In this document: positions 17,824 to 29,800 of the stretch, one piece after another
Layout: each line of letters begins with the position of its first letter
Numbering within the stretch: position 1 is the first letter of the stretch
Sequence record: JQ011317
Source of the DNA: Escherichia phage TL-2011b
Strand: one strand, 5' to 3'
DNA: 44,784 bases
Notes under the pieces: generated by a model
Database searches by the model: none
Seen by the model: the letters and a program-made list of their open reading frames with translations, nothing else
Told to the model about the DNA's origin: nothing
Made by a program: the position numbers and the translations under genes

Positions 17824-18816
17824 ATGACAATGGCTGTTAAAGGCTTAACTGCGCTAACGCTGGCTGACTGGGGTAAGCGCGTCGATCCAAACGGGAAAGT
17901 CGATAAGATTATCGAGCTTCTCGGTCAAACTAACCCGATCCTTCAGGATATGCCTTTTGTCGAAGGGAACCTTCCTACCGGACACCGAACCACCATTCGT
18001 TCTGGTTTACCTTCAGCTACCTGGCGTTTGCTGAACTATGGCGTACAGCCAAGCAAATCAACCACAGTGCAGGTGACCGATTCCGTTGGCATGCTGGAAA
18101 CCTATGCTGAAGTCGATAAGTCACTGGCTGATCTGAACGGCAATACCGCCGAATTCCGCCTGTCTGAAGACCGCGCATTTATTGAAGCGATGAATCAGCA
18201 GATGGCGCAGACGCTGTTTTATGGTGATTCCAGCGTTAACCCTCAGCAGTTTATGGGACTGTCCTCCCGCTATTCCAGCCTGTCTGCGGGTAATGCTCAG
18301 AACATCATTGATGCTGGTGGCACGGGTACAGATAACACCTCTATCTGGTTAGTGGTGTGGGGCGAAAACACCGTGCATGGCATCTTCCCGAAAGGGCAGA
18401 AGGCTGGCATCCAGATGGAAGATAAAGGCCAGGTGACACTGGAAGATGCGAATGGCGGCAAGTACGAAGGCTACCGTACCCATTACAAATGGGACAACGG
18501 GCTTGCTCTGCGTGACTGGCGTTATGTTGTTCGCATTGCAAACATCGATGTCAGCAATCTTTCAGAACCTTCCTCTGCAGCAAATATTGCGAAGTTGATG
18601 GTTAAAGCACTGCATCGCATTCCAAACCGTGGCATGGGCCGCCCGGTGTTCTACATGAACCGCACTGTAGGCCAGGCTCTTGATCTGCAATCTCTGGAGA
18701 AAACATCTCTGGCGATCAGCGTAAAAGAGACAGAAGGCGAGTGGTGGACTTCATTCCGTGGTGTACCAATCCGTGAGACTGATGCGCTTCTGGAAACAGA
18801 AGCCCGTGTGGTGTAA
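17824..18816 (+). CDS. Major capsid protein
   Basis: 330-aa ORF in the T7 gp10 position after the scaffold gene. Confidence 0.65.
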   Translation: MTMAVKGLTALTLADWGKRVDPNGKVDKIIELLGQTNPILQDMPFVEGNLPTGHRTTIRSGLPSATWRLLNYGVQPSKSTTVQVTDSVGMLETYAEVDKSLADLNGNTAEFRLSEDRAFIEAMNQQMAQTLFYGDSSVNPQQFMGLSSRYSSLSAGNAQNIIDAGGTGTDNTSIWLVVWGENTVHGIFPKGQKAGIQMEDKGQVTLEDANGGKYEGYRTHYKWDNGLALRDWRYVVRIANIDVSNLSEPSSAANIAKLMVKALHRIPNRGMGRPVFYMNRTVGQALDLQSLEKTSLAISVKETEGEWWTSFRGVPIRETDALLETEARVV

Positions 18817-18867
18817 CGCCTGTTATTAACCTGTGGGTCGTAACAGACCCACTAATGGAGAAAGAAG

Positions 18868-19305
18868 ATGATCACCGACAAACTGTTGATGTTCTCCGAA
18901 GCTCAGGCGGTTACGAATACCGCGGCTTCTACTGACGTAATCGATCTCGGTCCAATTGACGGAAAACGTCGTGATATCGGCGTGGGTTACCCGCTTGAGT
19001 TTTGGGCGCTGGTTAACACAGCCGCCGCGGCAAGCGGTGATGCAACTGTAAACATCCAGTTGCAGACGAGTGAGAATAACAGCTCATGGACCACTATTTA
19101 TGATAGTGGCGCACTGGCAAAGACCGCCCTGACAGCAGGTAAACGAGTTGTTTCTGCAAAGGTGCCTGCCGGTGTTCAGCGATATCTGCGTGTTAACTAC
19201 TCCGTCGCAACTGGCCCACTAACGGCTGGCGAATTCACTGCTGGTATCAGTCTTGATGTTGATGCCAATACGCCGTATCCGATCCGCTCAAAAGTAACTG
19301 GTTAA
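18868..19305 (+). CDS. Hypothetical virion protein (145 aa)
   Basis: GGAGAAAG Shine-Dalgarno; position after the capsid gene. Confidence 0.45.
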   Translation: MITDKLLMFSEAQAVTNTAASTDVIDLGPIDGKRRDIGVGYPLEFWALVNTAAAASGDATVNIQLQTSENNSSWTTIYDSGALAKTALTAGKRVVSAKVPAGVQRYLRVNYSVATGPLTAGEFTAGISLDVDANTPYPIRSKVTG

Positions 19306-19315
19306 GGTGATATCG

Positions 19316-19651
19316 ATGTCAGGTGAGAAACCAAGATACCGCGTTCTGCGCCTCTCTCATATCCATAACACTCTGTGGCCGGAGGGGGCAGAAATCGAAT
19401 ACGAAGGTGAGCCTGGTAGCGCACTGGAACCTGTTAACGATGCAGCCAGACAGGCAAAAGCAAAAGTTGCAGGAAAGGTGTCAATGGCAGCAACCAGCAC
19501 CAAAATCATCAACGATGTGTCAGATGATGGTGAACTGGATAAGCTCCGTGAAGAGTACGAATTGCTCTTTAACGAGAAGCCACACCATAACGCCAAAGCT
19601 GAAACGCTCCGCGAGAAGATCGCAGATAAGCGTAAAGAACTGGGCGTGTAA
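19316..19651 (+). CDS. Hypothetical virion-associated protein (112 aa)
   Basis: ATG at 19316 with AAGGTGA Shine-Dalgarno. Confidence 0.4.
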   Translation: MSGEKPRYRVLRLSHIHNTLWPEGAEIEYEGEPGSALEPVNDAARQAKAKVAGKVSMAATSTKIINDVSDDGELDKLREEYELLFNEKPHHNAKAETLREKIADKRKELGV

Positions 19652-19667
19652 GCCTCGCGAATCAGAC

Positions 19668-19689
19668 AAGGGGCTTCGGCCCCTTTATT
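19668..19689 (+). terminator. Intra-operon terminator/attenuator after the capsid gene block
   Basis: Stem GGGGC / GCCCC, loop TTCG, then TTTATT. Confidence 0.5.
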
Positions 19690-19701
19690 GCAGGAGTGTA
19701 T

Positions 19702-20025
19702 ATGGAACTCGTAAACCTCAAAACCGGCACTGACAGCTACCAGGATGAGAGCGGAGAAACCAGAACTCGCGATGAATACCCATGGGGGCTGTGCATCACT
19801 CTTAATAACGACACATTGAATAAGCTGAAGGCGCAACCTAAGGGCGTCGGAACGGAAGTGATGATAACTGCAAAGGCTGTTATTCGAGGCCTGTCTGCCA
19901 GAGAAACTGACGATGGTGTCAATCGCAGCGCCGATCTGCAGATCACTGATATGGCGATCGCTCCTGTTTCCGGGGGTGTAGAAAAATCAGCGGCTGAAAC
20001 TCTGTACGGTAACGGAGGTGAGTGA
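19702..20025 (+). CDS. Hypothetical virion protein (107 aa)
   Basis: ATG at 19702 with AGGAG Shine-Dalgarno; coupled to the next gene. Confidence 0.4.
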   Translation: MELVNLKTGTDSYQDESGETRTRDEYPWGLCITLNNDTLNKLKAQPKGVGTEVMITAKAVIRGLSARETDDGVNRSADLQITDMAIAPVSGGVEKSAAETLYGNGGE

Positions 20026-20630
20026 TGGCCTCTGTAGTAGAGATCTGTAATCGTGCGCTGTCCAATATTGGCAACAGTCGCAGCATTAACAGCCTGACGG
20101 AAGCCAGCAAGGAAGCGGGGGAATGTTCGCTGCACTTTGAGGCCTGCCGTGATGCTGTTCTTTCTGATTTTGACTGGAACTTTGCTACCAAACGCGTGGC
20201 GCTTGCAGATACGAGCAATCCACCGCCTGACTGGGAATATGCGTACCAGTACCCGTCCGATTGTCTGCGCATTACTGAAATTATGCTTCCTGGTGTACGC
20301 AATCCAACAGCAGCAATGCGCGTTCAGTACGAAGTTGGTGCAGACACCAACGGAACAGGAAAGTTGATCTACACAGACCAGCCGCAGGCATGGCTCAAGT
20401 ATGTATCTCGCGTTTCAGATGTGAACATGTTTGATGCCATTTTTATGGAGGCGTTGGCCTGGCGTCTTGCGGCAGCTATTAACATGGCGCTGACTGGGAA
20501 TGCAGACCTCGGTACGTTTGCCCTCAATATGTACAATCGCGTGATTCTTAGTGCTGGCTCGCATAGCCAGAATGAATCACAGGAACCACAGCCACCGGTT
20601 GACGAGTTTACCATTGCGAGGTTGTCCTGA
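20025..20630 (+). CDS. Tail tubular protein A-like (T7 gp11 position)
   Basis: About 200 aa, directly before an 823-aa gene, mirroring T7 gp11/gp12; GGAGG Shine-Dalgarno. Confidence 0.45.
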   Translation: MASVVEICNRALSNIGNSRSINSLTEASKEAGECSLHFEACRDAVLSDFDWNFATKRVALADTSNPPPDWEYAYQYPSDCLRITEIMLPGVRNPTAAMRVQYEVGADTNGTGKLIYTDQPQAWLKYVSRVSDVNMFDAIFMEALAWRLAAAINMALTGNADLGTFALNMYNRVILSAGSHSQNESQEPQPPVDEFTIARLS

Positions 20631-23101
20631 TGGCTATCAGTTGGATCCAGCCCAGCTTTGCCGGTGGTGAGATTGGACCGTCGTTGTACGGTCGTATCGA
20701 CATGGCGAAGTACCAGGTGGCATTGCGCAAGTGCGATAACTTTATCGTGCGGCAGTATGGCGGCGTTGAGAATCGACCTGGTACGCGTTTTGTCGGTGCC
20801 GCCAAATACCCAAATCGGAAATGCCGCCTGATCCCGTTCCAGTTCTCGACGGTTCAGACTTATGCTCTGGAGTTCGGACACCAGTACATGCGCGTTATCA
20901 AAGATGGTGCGTTGGTGCTGAACAGCAGCAATGTTATTTATGAAATTGCCACGCCATATACTGAAGCCGATCTGTTCCGAATTAAATTCACGCAAAGCGC
21001 TGACGTGCTTACGCTGGTTCACCCGGCATACCCGCCGAAAGAGTTGCGGCGCTATGCGCATGACAACTGGCAACTTGTTGATGTGGTAACGAAGAACGGG
21101 CCATTTGAAGATATCAATATTGACGAGTCAGTGACGGTTTATGCCAGCGCCAGCACCGGGACAATTACGTTAACGGCAAACGCCTCTATTTTTGGCGCGG
21201 AACAGGTAGGCAAATTGTTCTATCTGGAACAGCCAGCAGTGGATTCAGTACCGGTATGGGAAACCAGTAAGAGTACGTCGATTGGCGATATTCGCCGTGC
21301 AGACAGTAACTACTATCGCGCTGTTACGGCAGGTAAAACAGGCACTTTGCGCCCTTCGCATACAGAAGGCACATCATGGGATGGCTGGGGCGGATCCGGA
21401 GATGATGATACTGGCATTGAGTGGGAATATCTGCACAGTGGTTTTGGCATTGCCCGTATCACTGCTGCAAATGGAACTACTGCAACTGCCGAGGTGATTT
21501 CCTATATCCCTTCTCAGGTAGTTGGCGAGGATAATGCTAGCTATAAATGGGCTAAATATGCCTGGAACAGTGTTAATGGTTATCCTGGCACTGTTGTTTA
21601 TTATCAACAACGTCTTTACTTCGCCGCATCTACTGCGTTCCCTCAGACTATCTGGGCCAGCCGTACTGGGGATTATAAGGATTTTGGCAAAAGCAATCCT
21701 ACGCAGGATGACGACAGAATTATCTACACCTATGCCGGGCGTCAGGTTAATGAGATCCGCCACCTGATTGATGTCGGTTCGCTGGTGGCACTGACTTCCG
21801 GAGGTGAGTACGTCATCACCGGCGACCAGAACAAAGTGTTAACCCCATCATCATTTGCATTCAGCTCTCAAGGATCAAATGGCTCGAGCAATGTCCCACC
21901 AATTGCCGTGGCGAATATTGCTCTGTTCGTCCAGGAGAAAGGCAGTGTTGTCCGTGATCTGGCCTACTCATTCGATGTTGACGGCTATCAGGGGAACGAC
22001 CTGACCATCCTTGCCAATCATCTTTTTCAGAAGCACAGCATTGTTGACTGGTGCTTCTCTATTGTCCCTTACTCCAGCGCCTTCTGCATTCGTGATGACG
22101 GTAAATTACTGGTGATGACCTATTTGCGTGATCAGCAGGTTTTTGCATGGGCACCACAATCCAGTACCGGAAAATATGAAAGCACATGCAGTATCAGCGA
22201 AGGCAATGAAGATGCGGTGTATTTCGTCGTTAACCGAACCGTTAACGGGCAAACAGTGAGATACATCGAGCGACTGTCCAGCCGTTTATTTACCAGCGAT
22301 GAAGATGCTTTCTTTGTTGATTCTGGCCTTAGTTATGATGGAAGAAATACGTCTGACAGAACGATGACCATCACTGGTGGTTCTGGTGAATGGGATTACC
22401 GTGCGGAATATACAATCAGTGTTTCTGGTGGTGCGTACTTCACCAGTAGTGATGTCGGCGCGCAACTACAGTTCCCTTATACCGGAACTGATCCTGATAC
22501 TGGCGATGAAGTGTCAAAAGAATTACGTTGCGACATTATTTCTGTAACCAGCAATACCGCAGTAGTGGTTCGTGCTAACAGGAACGTCCCGTCATCCCTC
22601 AGGAATGTGGCCACCACGAACTGGCAGATGGCGCGCCGGACATTTGGAGGCCTGTCTCATCTTGAAGGCCAGACCGTAAACATTCTCTCTGATGCGAACG
22701 TGGAACCACAGAAAGTAGTTTCCGGAGGTACCGTCACGCTGGAATCTCCGGGGGCTGTAGTGCACATCGGCCTGCCAATAACTGCTGAATTCGAAACACT
22801 GGATATCAACATTAGCGGACAGGAAACGCTGCTGGACAAAAAACAGGTGATCCCGTCAGTTACTCTGGTTGTGAATGCCAGTCGCGGCATCTGGGCGACT
22901 ACGCCCGGCGGTAAATGGTACGAATATCCACAGCGAGAATTCGAGTTCTACGATGATCCTGTTGATGATGCTACCGGAAAAGTAGAAGTGAAACTGGACA
23001 GTAACTGGGGCAAAAACGGACGTGTAAAAATCCGTCAGCTTGACCCGTTGCCGCTGTCTGTTCTTGCCGTTATTCCTCGCCTTACTGTTGGGGGATTCTG
23101 A
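20630..23101 (+). CDS. Tail tubular protein B-like (T7 gp12 position)
   Basis: 823-aa ORF, size and position as T7 gp12. Confidence 0.5.
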   Translation: MAISWIQPSFAGGEIGPSLYGRIDMAKYQVALRKCDNFIVRQYGGVENRPGTRFVGAAKYPNRKCRLIPFQFSTVQTYALEFGHQYMRVIKDGALVLNSSNVIYEIATPYTEADLFRIKFTQSADVLTLVHPAYPPKELRRYAHDNWQLVDVVTKNGPFEDINIDESVTVYASASTGTITLTANASIFGAEQVGKLFYLEQPAVDSVPVWETSKSTSIGDIRRADSNYYRAVTAGKTGTLRPSHTEGTSWDGWGGSGDDDTGIEWEYLHSGFGIARITAANGTTATAEVISYIPSQVVGEDNASYKWAKYAWNSVNGYPGTVVYYQQRLYFAASTAFPQTIWASRTGDYKDFGKSNPTQDDDRIIYTYAGRQVNEIRHLIDVGSLVALTSGGEYVITGDQNKVLTPSSFAFSSQGSNGSSNVPPIAVANIALFVQEKGSVVRDLAYSFDVDGYQGNDLTILANHLFQKHSIVDWCFSIVPYSSAFCIRDDGKLLVMTYLRDQQVFAWAPQSSTGKYESTCSISEGNEDAVYFVVNRTVNGQTVRYIERLSSRLFTSDEDAFFVDSGLSYDGRNTSDRTMTITGGSGEWDYRAEYTISVSGGAYFTSSDVGAQLQFPYTGTDPDTGDEVSKELRCDIISVTSNTAVVVRANRNVPSSLRNVATTNWQMARRTFGGLSHLEGQTVNILSDANVEPQKVVSGGTVTLESPGAVVHIGLPITAEFETLDINISGQETLLDKKQVIPSVTLVVNASRGIWATTPGGKWYEYPQREFEFYDDPVDDATGKVEVKLDSNWGKNGRVKIRQLDPLPLSVLAVIPRLTVGGF

Positions 23102-23565
23102 TGATCGATGTTCAAATTATTCCCGCTACCGAAGAGCATCTTCAGATGATTTTGCCGGATGTTCGTCAGGCTGATATTGACGAACTGTATGCGGTATCGC
23201 TGATGACTACCGAAGATGCGCTGCGTGTTGGTCTGCGCACTGCGACTATGGCCTGGTCAGGGTTCGCGAACGGAGAACTGGTAACCATGTTTGGCGTATC
23301 TCCGGCGTCAATGATCGGTGGCAATGGTACGCCCTGGCTTGTCGGGACCAGCCGTATTGAAAAATATCAGAAGACATTTCTTCGCCACTGCCGACCTGTA
23401 TTGCAGCAGATGCTGGCAGTTTATCCGCGCCTGGAAAACTACGTCGACGAGCGAAACCATGTTGCCAAAGCATGGTTGCACTGGCTTGGATTCAGGCTTG
23501 AAGAAGCCGCGCCTTATGGTGCTCTTGGTCTTAATTTCCACAGATTTCACATGGAGAGAAAATAA
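23101..23565 (+). CDS. Internal virion protein (gp13 position)
   Basis: 154-aa ORF coupled to tail genes. Confidence 0.4.
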   Translation: MIDVQIIPATEEHLQMILPDVRQADIDELYAVSLMTTEDALRVGLRTATMAWSGFANGELVTMFGVSPASMIGGNGTPWLVGTSRIEKYQKTFLRHCRPVLQQMLAVYPRLENYVDERNHVAKAWLHWLGFRLEEAAPYGALGLNFHRFHMERK

Positions 23566-24110
23566 TGTGCGATCCGGTTATTGCTGGTGGCGCAATGCTC
23601 GCCATGAGTGGCATTCAGGCATACACCCAGTACCAACAGGGAAAATATGCCTCGAAGGTTGCAGAAGCGAACGCAGATATAGCCACTGCTCAGGCAAATG
23701 ATGCAATAAACAGGGGTAACGCTGAAGCTGAGCAACGGCGCAGAGAGACCCGACAGCGGCTTGGTACACAGGCGGCGACAATGGGGGCGACCGGCGCTGA
23801 TTTATCTACCGGTAATGCGCTGGATATATTTGGCGACGCTGCCCAGTTTGGCGCTCTTGATTCTCTGACGACGGTGAATAACGCGCAACGCGAGGCTTAC
23901 GGTTATCAGGTTCAGGCTGCCAACTATAAAGCAGAAGCCAGTTCAGCCCGTAAACAGGGGAATGTGGGAGCAGCAACAACATTGCTCACTGCGCCTCTGA
24001 AGGCATACGGTGCGTACCAGATGTTTGGTGGGACGTGGAGTCCGTTTACTCAAAGCACCCCTGCGCCAATCGGGGCAGCAGCAGGAACCAGATTACCCGG
24101 AGGATTATAA
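23565..24110 (+). CDS. Internal virion protein (gp14 position)
   Basis: 181-aa Ala/Gly/Gln-rich ORF. Confidence 0.4.
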   Translation: MCDPVIAGGAMLAMSGIQAYTQYQQGKYASKVAEANADIATAQANDAINRGNAEAEQRRRETRQRLGTQAATMGATGADLSTGNALDIFGDAAQFGALDSLTTVNNAQREAYGYQVQAANYKAEASSARKQGNVGAATTLLTAPLKAYGAYQMFGGTWSPFTQSTPAPIGAAAGTRLPGGL

Positions 24111-26827
24111 TGCCAGTCGTACCAACAGTATCAGGACGTCAGGTTGAGAGTCGTGGTGTACAAACCGGTGGTTTTCAGACCTTCGATGTTCCTCAAGCAG
24201 GTCAGGTGCTGGCGAATGTCGCAGATCAGTATGCGGTGGCATATGGTGAAGCCAGGCAGAAAGCGAATGTTGCATTGTCTCAGGATGCCATCCTTCAGCT
24301 TAATCAGCGCAGCAATGAACGTCTTTATAACCCTCAAACCGGTTTTTATGCACAACAAGGCAAAAATGCGATTGGTAAGGGGCAAGAGTACATATCTGGA
24401 TTTGATCAGGATGTGGAAGAAATAGCTGCTTCATTGACTGATGAAGCAGCAAGAAATATGTTTTTGCAACAAGCCAGAACACAGAAAATTCAGTTCAGTA
24501 CTGGAGTTCTCAGACATGAGATAGGGCAGACAAATGCCTATGAAGATGAGCAATATCAGGCAACGAGAAAATTATGGATACAAAATGAAGCGGATGCCTG
24601 GAATGACCCGCAAACTGCCACTTTAGCCAGAAATTCCAGAATGGTAGCCATTGCCAGATATGGAGCTGCCAGGGGATGGTCACAAGAACGCATTCTGGAA
24701 GAAATAGAAAGTGATGATCGCAGTGCCACAGAAATGCGGGCGAAGAATTATGCCGCTGCCAATCCAGAAGGATGGCTAAATGGTCTGTTTCAGAAAAATG
24801 ATTCTGGAGGCATGGACATGCGTGCCATACGCCTTGTTGAATCAGGTGATCGACATTTTAATCCTGATGGTAGTCTTCTTGAGGGACCGATAACATCTTC
24901 TGGAGAGAGAGCGCAGGGGAAATACCAGTTAATGCCGGGCACAGGAAAAGAACTGGCGGCCAAGCGTGGCGTTGAATACAACCCTACTGACGAACAACAG
25001 CATGAAATGCTCGCCAGTGACTATGTAAATCAACTGTATGGTAAGTACGGTTCCGAAATATTGACCGGAGCAGCATATAACTGGGGGATGGGTAACGTGG
25101 ATAAACTGATCGCCAAAGTCGGTGATCCACGTAAAGGTGAAATATCAGAAGAAGAATTTATCCGAAATCTTCCATCAGAAACACAAGGGTGGCTTTCCCG
25201 ATATAGAAAAAATAAAACTGGAATGGATCCGCTGACTATTTATCAAATAGATAACCTTGCTAATAGTCAGATAGAAAAGCAAAGGAAGTTAATATTAGAA
25301 CAGCTTGAGCCAGCTATTAATAACACCATGGCACAGCTATATAACGGTGAGGTTCCAGATTATATACCGGCTCAGGAGACCATCATCAGGGGGTATGGAA
25401 AAAACGCAGATAAAATAATCAATCAACTGGATATAGCGATTGATAACGCGAGAATATTCCAGGCAATTCAGTATTTGCCTCCTTCTCAGCAGCAAGAAGA
25501 AATGCAGAAAGTGAAGCCTGAGGTTAACGATCCTCACTATGCGTTAAAACTCGATGCTTACGGAAAATTGTCTGCATTGCTTCAGAGATCAAATGAAGCA
25601 ATTCAGGCGCAACGGGATTCACGCAGATTCAATGAGGCGCTGACAATAGGTGAAAAATTAGACCCAAGCAACAAGTCAATGCAGAAAGCTGCTGATTACA
25701 CAGAAATGGCGCAGAACTTTCGTATTAATGATGCCTCCACTCATGATGGGGTTGTTCGGCTTGTGGCTCAGACTGGCATAATGCCTTCGCAGGTCATCAC
25801 GCAGCTTTCAGCAGTATCCCGATCCAGCAATCAGGAAGTGGTTAAAAATGCGGCGGAACTGTTTAGTCGGTTATATGAAACAGACAATGCATCTATTGGA
25901 AATATGCCGAAGGATATGCAGGGTTTTTATCTGACTGTTAAGCAACTAACTGATTCTGGCATGTCTGCTGATGCGGCTATCGAGCAGGCGCAGAACCTTA
26001 CGTACAACCAGACCGATGCTCTTAAAGCTCAATTGGCATCAACGCAGAGTTCAAAAGAGTACAAAAATGATCGCAGCAAGGCGATGAATTCTGCTGTCAG
26101 CAATATGGCGCAGTGGTTCCGTTGGGATCCGTCTGCGGATGACCAGACGCCGGAAGCAGCTAGATTCCGTAATGACTATCAGACGCTGTATGACATTAAC
26201 TACCGCGTTGCTGGTGGTAACGCTGACGTAGCGAAGCAAATGACCAACCAGCAGATAGCCCGCACCTGGAGTATCAGCGAGGTTAACGGAGAAGCGCAGT
26301 TTATGAAATATGCACCGGAGGCGCTTTATCAATATGGGCCGTCAGGCTGGCAGGCGGCGCAGTGGAAAGCTGAAAAAGAACGGCTGATGTACGGTGAGCG
26401 CAAAGAGATTATAACAACCAGTCCGACGTTGCTTGGGATCACGTCAGGTAATGCTCCTGTAGTTGAGACAAAAACCCCTGAGAGTCGTATTAATGGAGAA
26501 TTATTCATAACCCCTGACGTGTTAACACCTCGTAATGGTGATTACGCCATTATGGTAAGAACTAAGGATGAAAATGGCATCGATCGGGTCCAGCCGTTTT
26601 ATAACAAACATGGGCGTCCTATGCGTTGGGAACCATCACTAGAAGATTGGGAACCTTATAAGAAAATGCAGCAGGAATGGGAGCAGTACGAGCAGGAAGA
26701 AATTATGCGTGGACAGGCTATACGAAACTTCAAAGACAAGCATCGCGCTCTGGATGAGCAGTATCAGCGCCTGCATAACGAACGTATGGACAAATTTAAA
26801 GATTACTTTTCGTGGGGATCTAAATAA
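24110..26827 (+). CDS. Internal virion/ejection protein with lytic transglycosylase (SLT) domain
   Basis: ATG at 24110 with GGAGGA Shine-Dalgarno (TAATG overlap); SLT-like motif RLVESG ... GKYQLMPGTG ... AAYNWGMGN. Confidence 0.7.
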   Translation: MPVVPTVSGRQVESRGVQTGGFQTFDVPQAGQVLANVADQYAVAYGEARQKANVALSQDAILQLNQRSNERLYNPQTGFYAQQGKNAIGKGQEYISGFDQDVEEIAASLTDEAARNMFLQQARTQKIQFSTGVLRHEIGQTNAYEDEQYQATRKLWIQNEADAWNDPQTATLARNSRMVAIARYGAARGWSQERILEEIESDDRSATEMRAKNYAAANPEGWLNGLFQKNDSGGMDMRAIRLVESGDRHFNPDGSLLEGPITSSGERAQGKYQLMPGTGKELAAKRGVEYNPTDEQQHEMLASDYVNQLYGKYGSEILTGAAYNWGMGNVDKLIAKVGDPRKGEISEEEFIRNLPSETQGWLSRYRKNKTGMDPLTIYQIDNLANSQIEKQRKLILEQLEPAINNTMAQLYNGEVPDYIPAQETIIRGYGKNADKIINQLDIAIDNARIFQAIQYLPPSQQQEEMQKVKPEVNDPHYALKLDAYGKLSALLQRSNEAIQAQRDSRRFNEALTIGEKLDPSNKSMQKAADYTEMAQNFRINDASTHDGVVRLVAQTGIMPSQVITQLSAVSRSSNQEVVKNAAELFSRLYETDNASIGNMPKDMQGFYLTVKQLTDSGMSADAAIEQAQNLTYNQTDALKAQLASTQSSKEYKNDRSKAMNSAVSNMAQWFRWDPSADDQTPEAARFRNDYQTLYDINYRVAGGNADVAKQMTNQQIARTWSISEVNGEAQFMKYAPEALYQYGPSGWQAAQWKAEKERLMYGERKEIITTSPTLLGITSGNAPVVETKTPESRINGELFITPDVLTPRNGDYAIMVRTKDENGIDRVQPFYNKHGRPMRWEPSLEDWEPYKKMQQEWEQYEQEEIMRGQAIRNFKDKHRALDEQYQRLHNERMDKFKDYFSWGSK

Positions 26828-29800
26828 TGCCAGTTTATGCACAAGCTGAAGATCTTAATAACGGACTGATCCCGTCAGGTAATGTTTTGCCGGAACAAAC
26901 TGGGTTTGATGTTGCCCTTCCGGAAGGGGCTAATCCTGAGCCATTGCCACCGGAGCCTTCCGTATGGGGGGCTGCAATGCGACAGAACAATATTCTGGCT
27001 GGTTTTTTCCGACCAGCCAGACAGTTTGAACCGGTCGAAGGTTATAACCCATATGCTGATAAAAATGAGTTGCACGGTTATGAATACTGGGGGGCGAAAT
27101 TTGCAGATTCCCGATCGCCAGAGGAAACGGCGTGGATTAAGCAGCAGATAGATGATGAAAATGAAGACAGACGTTTATTGTCTGATGCTGGCGTAGTTGG
27201 AACTCTTGCCAGTATTGCTGCGGGAATGGATCCGGTTACTGTTGCGTCAATGTTTATCCCCGGTGCTCAAGGAGGGGCACTGGCGCGTATTGGCTCACAG
27301 ATTGCGATTGGTGCTGCCGGTACAGCATTAAGCGAGGTTGTGCTGAATAATCAGCAAATAACACGCTCATGGGGTGAAAGTGCCGCTCACGTTGCAGCGG
27401 GTGCGATGATGAGCGGCGTGTTTGCCAGTGCTGGTGTTGCGCTTTCGCCATCCGTCCGGGCTGCAGCCACGCGTGAGGTTGCTGATGCTCTTGATAATAT
27501 GAGCATTACATCAGCGACTGACAGGGCTGCCGCTTCGCTTTCTGATGGTGGTAGTGTTGGTGCTATGAAAATTGATACAGCGACTCTGGATGATTTAACC
27601 CCTGTTTCCGGTGGGTGGGTTGGAAAGGCTGCATGGAAAGCAGGGAGCTATCTTACTCCTTTGACAAGGTTAATGGAGTCTCCGTCCAAGACAGTGCGAA
27701 AAACAACGCTGGAGTTAGCCGAAAATAATTTCACCCTTAAAGGAAATGAAAGGGGGATTGAAACACCGGTAGCTGTAGAAACCCGTACACGTGGATGGCG
27801 GCGTGAAGAAGCTGCTGTTGTTGTCGGAAATAAACAGGCATACGCAAAGTATAAAGCTGATGGTGGTGACATGAGTTTTGATTCATTTCGTCAGCAGGTT
27901 GGGAATGCTATGCGAAGCGGTGATGTGCATGCTAATCCTGTTGTTCAGGAAACGGCGCAGGCGATGCGAACTGTATTAAATCGGGTGAAGGTTGAAATGC
28001 AAAAGCTTGGTTTATTACCGCCAGATGAAGAACTGAAAGCATTAGGCCAGGCAAGCTATTTTCCACGTATATATAAAGTTGGAAAAATAATCAGTGAACG
28101 CGATAAATTTCGACGTATTTTGGTTGACTGGTGGTCGAGAGGAAATAAAACACTGGATCCTGAGGATGCTGAAATTGCAGCGGATATCGTAATTAATAAA
28201 ATTACTGGTGCTAAGGTTCCACAGGATTTTGTCAGCGTATTTTCTGTAAAAGCCGCAGGTAGTACGAAAGAAAGAACATTAAATGTGCCTGATAGTCTTA
28301 TCAGGGATTATCTTGAAAGTGATGTGAATTACGTGCTGCAACGTCATATCCGTGAAGCGGCAGCAGAAATTGAGTTGACGAGAACATTTGGCAAACGAAC
28401 TATGACTGAGCGTCTGCAATTAATTGAGGACGAATATGACAGTCTGTTACGGGAAGTGCCTGAAAAAATAAAGGCGAAATATGACGAAAGTGTGGCAAAT
28501 CTGAAAGCACGTTATGAGAGCAATGGTGAAGTTGTTCCTCAGGGTAAACTCGATTCATTAATGCGAAAGTACGAAAAGGAATTACGGAAAGAACAGTCCA
28601 GACTTTCAAAATCAAGAGCAAATGATCTCAGAGACATAACAGCATTACGCGATCGTCTTGTTGGTACATATGGTATGCCTGATGATCCGTCTTCGTTTTT
28701 TGTTCGTGCTGGCGCTTTTCTGCGGGATGTGAACTTCACGACCAAACTCGGTGGAATGACAGTATCAGCTATTCCAGATCTGGCCAGAGGGGTTATGGTT
28801 AATGGTTTCCGTAACACCATGAAAGGCTATGCTTCTCAGATATCCCAATCACCGGCATTTAAGGCCAGCAAAGAAGAGATGTTGAAGATGGGGATTGGAT
28901 TGGAAGCTGTACTACATTCACGTTCTCGTGCAATTGGTGATCTTGTTGACAGTTCTTCCAGGACAACAGCAGTCGAAGCAGGAATGGAGCGAATTACTGA
29001 TGCCTTCGGCAAGCTGACACTCATGGATCGATTTAATGACATAAACAAATCCATGAACGGAATGCTCACGTCAGACGGTATTTTGTCTGGTGCGTTTTCT
29101 GCACGTCGCATGGCAAAACTCGGTATCAACGACAATATGGCTGCGCGTATTCGCAGTGAGTTCGAGAAACATGGTGAGGTAATTGATGGATGGCACATTG
29201 GTAACTTTGATAAATGGGACGATCAGTACGTTGCCGGAGTATTCCAGTCAGCGGTTCTGAAAGACGTTAATAACACTATCATCACCCCCGGTATTGGTGA
29301 CACACCTTTATGGGCGAGTACTCCAATGGGGCGAACGATATTTCAGTTTAAATCATTCACAACGGCTTCATACAACCGTGTGCTACTTGGTGGGTTACAG
29401 GAAGGAACTGCGCAATTTTATTATGGCACTGCATTTCAGATTGCTCTTGGCTCACTGGTCTATGCGCTAAAAGAAGCATCGAAAGGGAAAAATGTTGACT
29501 GGTCACCAGAGAAGCTGGTGCTTGAGGGTATAGATAGATCCGGTATTCTTGGGCCATTGATGGAATATAACAACATGGCTGAAAAGGCTACTGGTGGTGC
29601 TGTTGGGCTGGGGGCTTTATTTGGCACTGGCACACAGTCTAGGTATGCCAGTCGTGGATTCGTAGGATCTCTATTCGGACCGTCATTTGGTCTTGCGGAT
29701 AGCATCATTGATGTGACCGCAGGAGTGTTGAATGGTGATGCCGGTGATCGTATTGTGCATAATGTCCGAACCCTGATACCCGGCAATAACCTGTTCTGGA

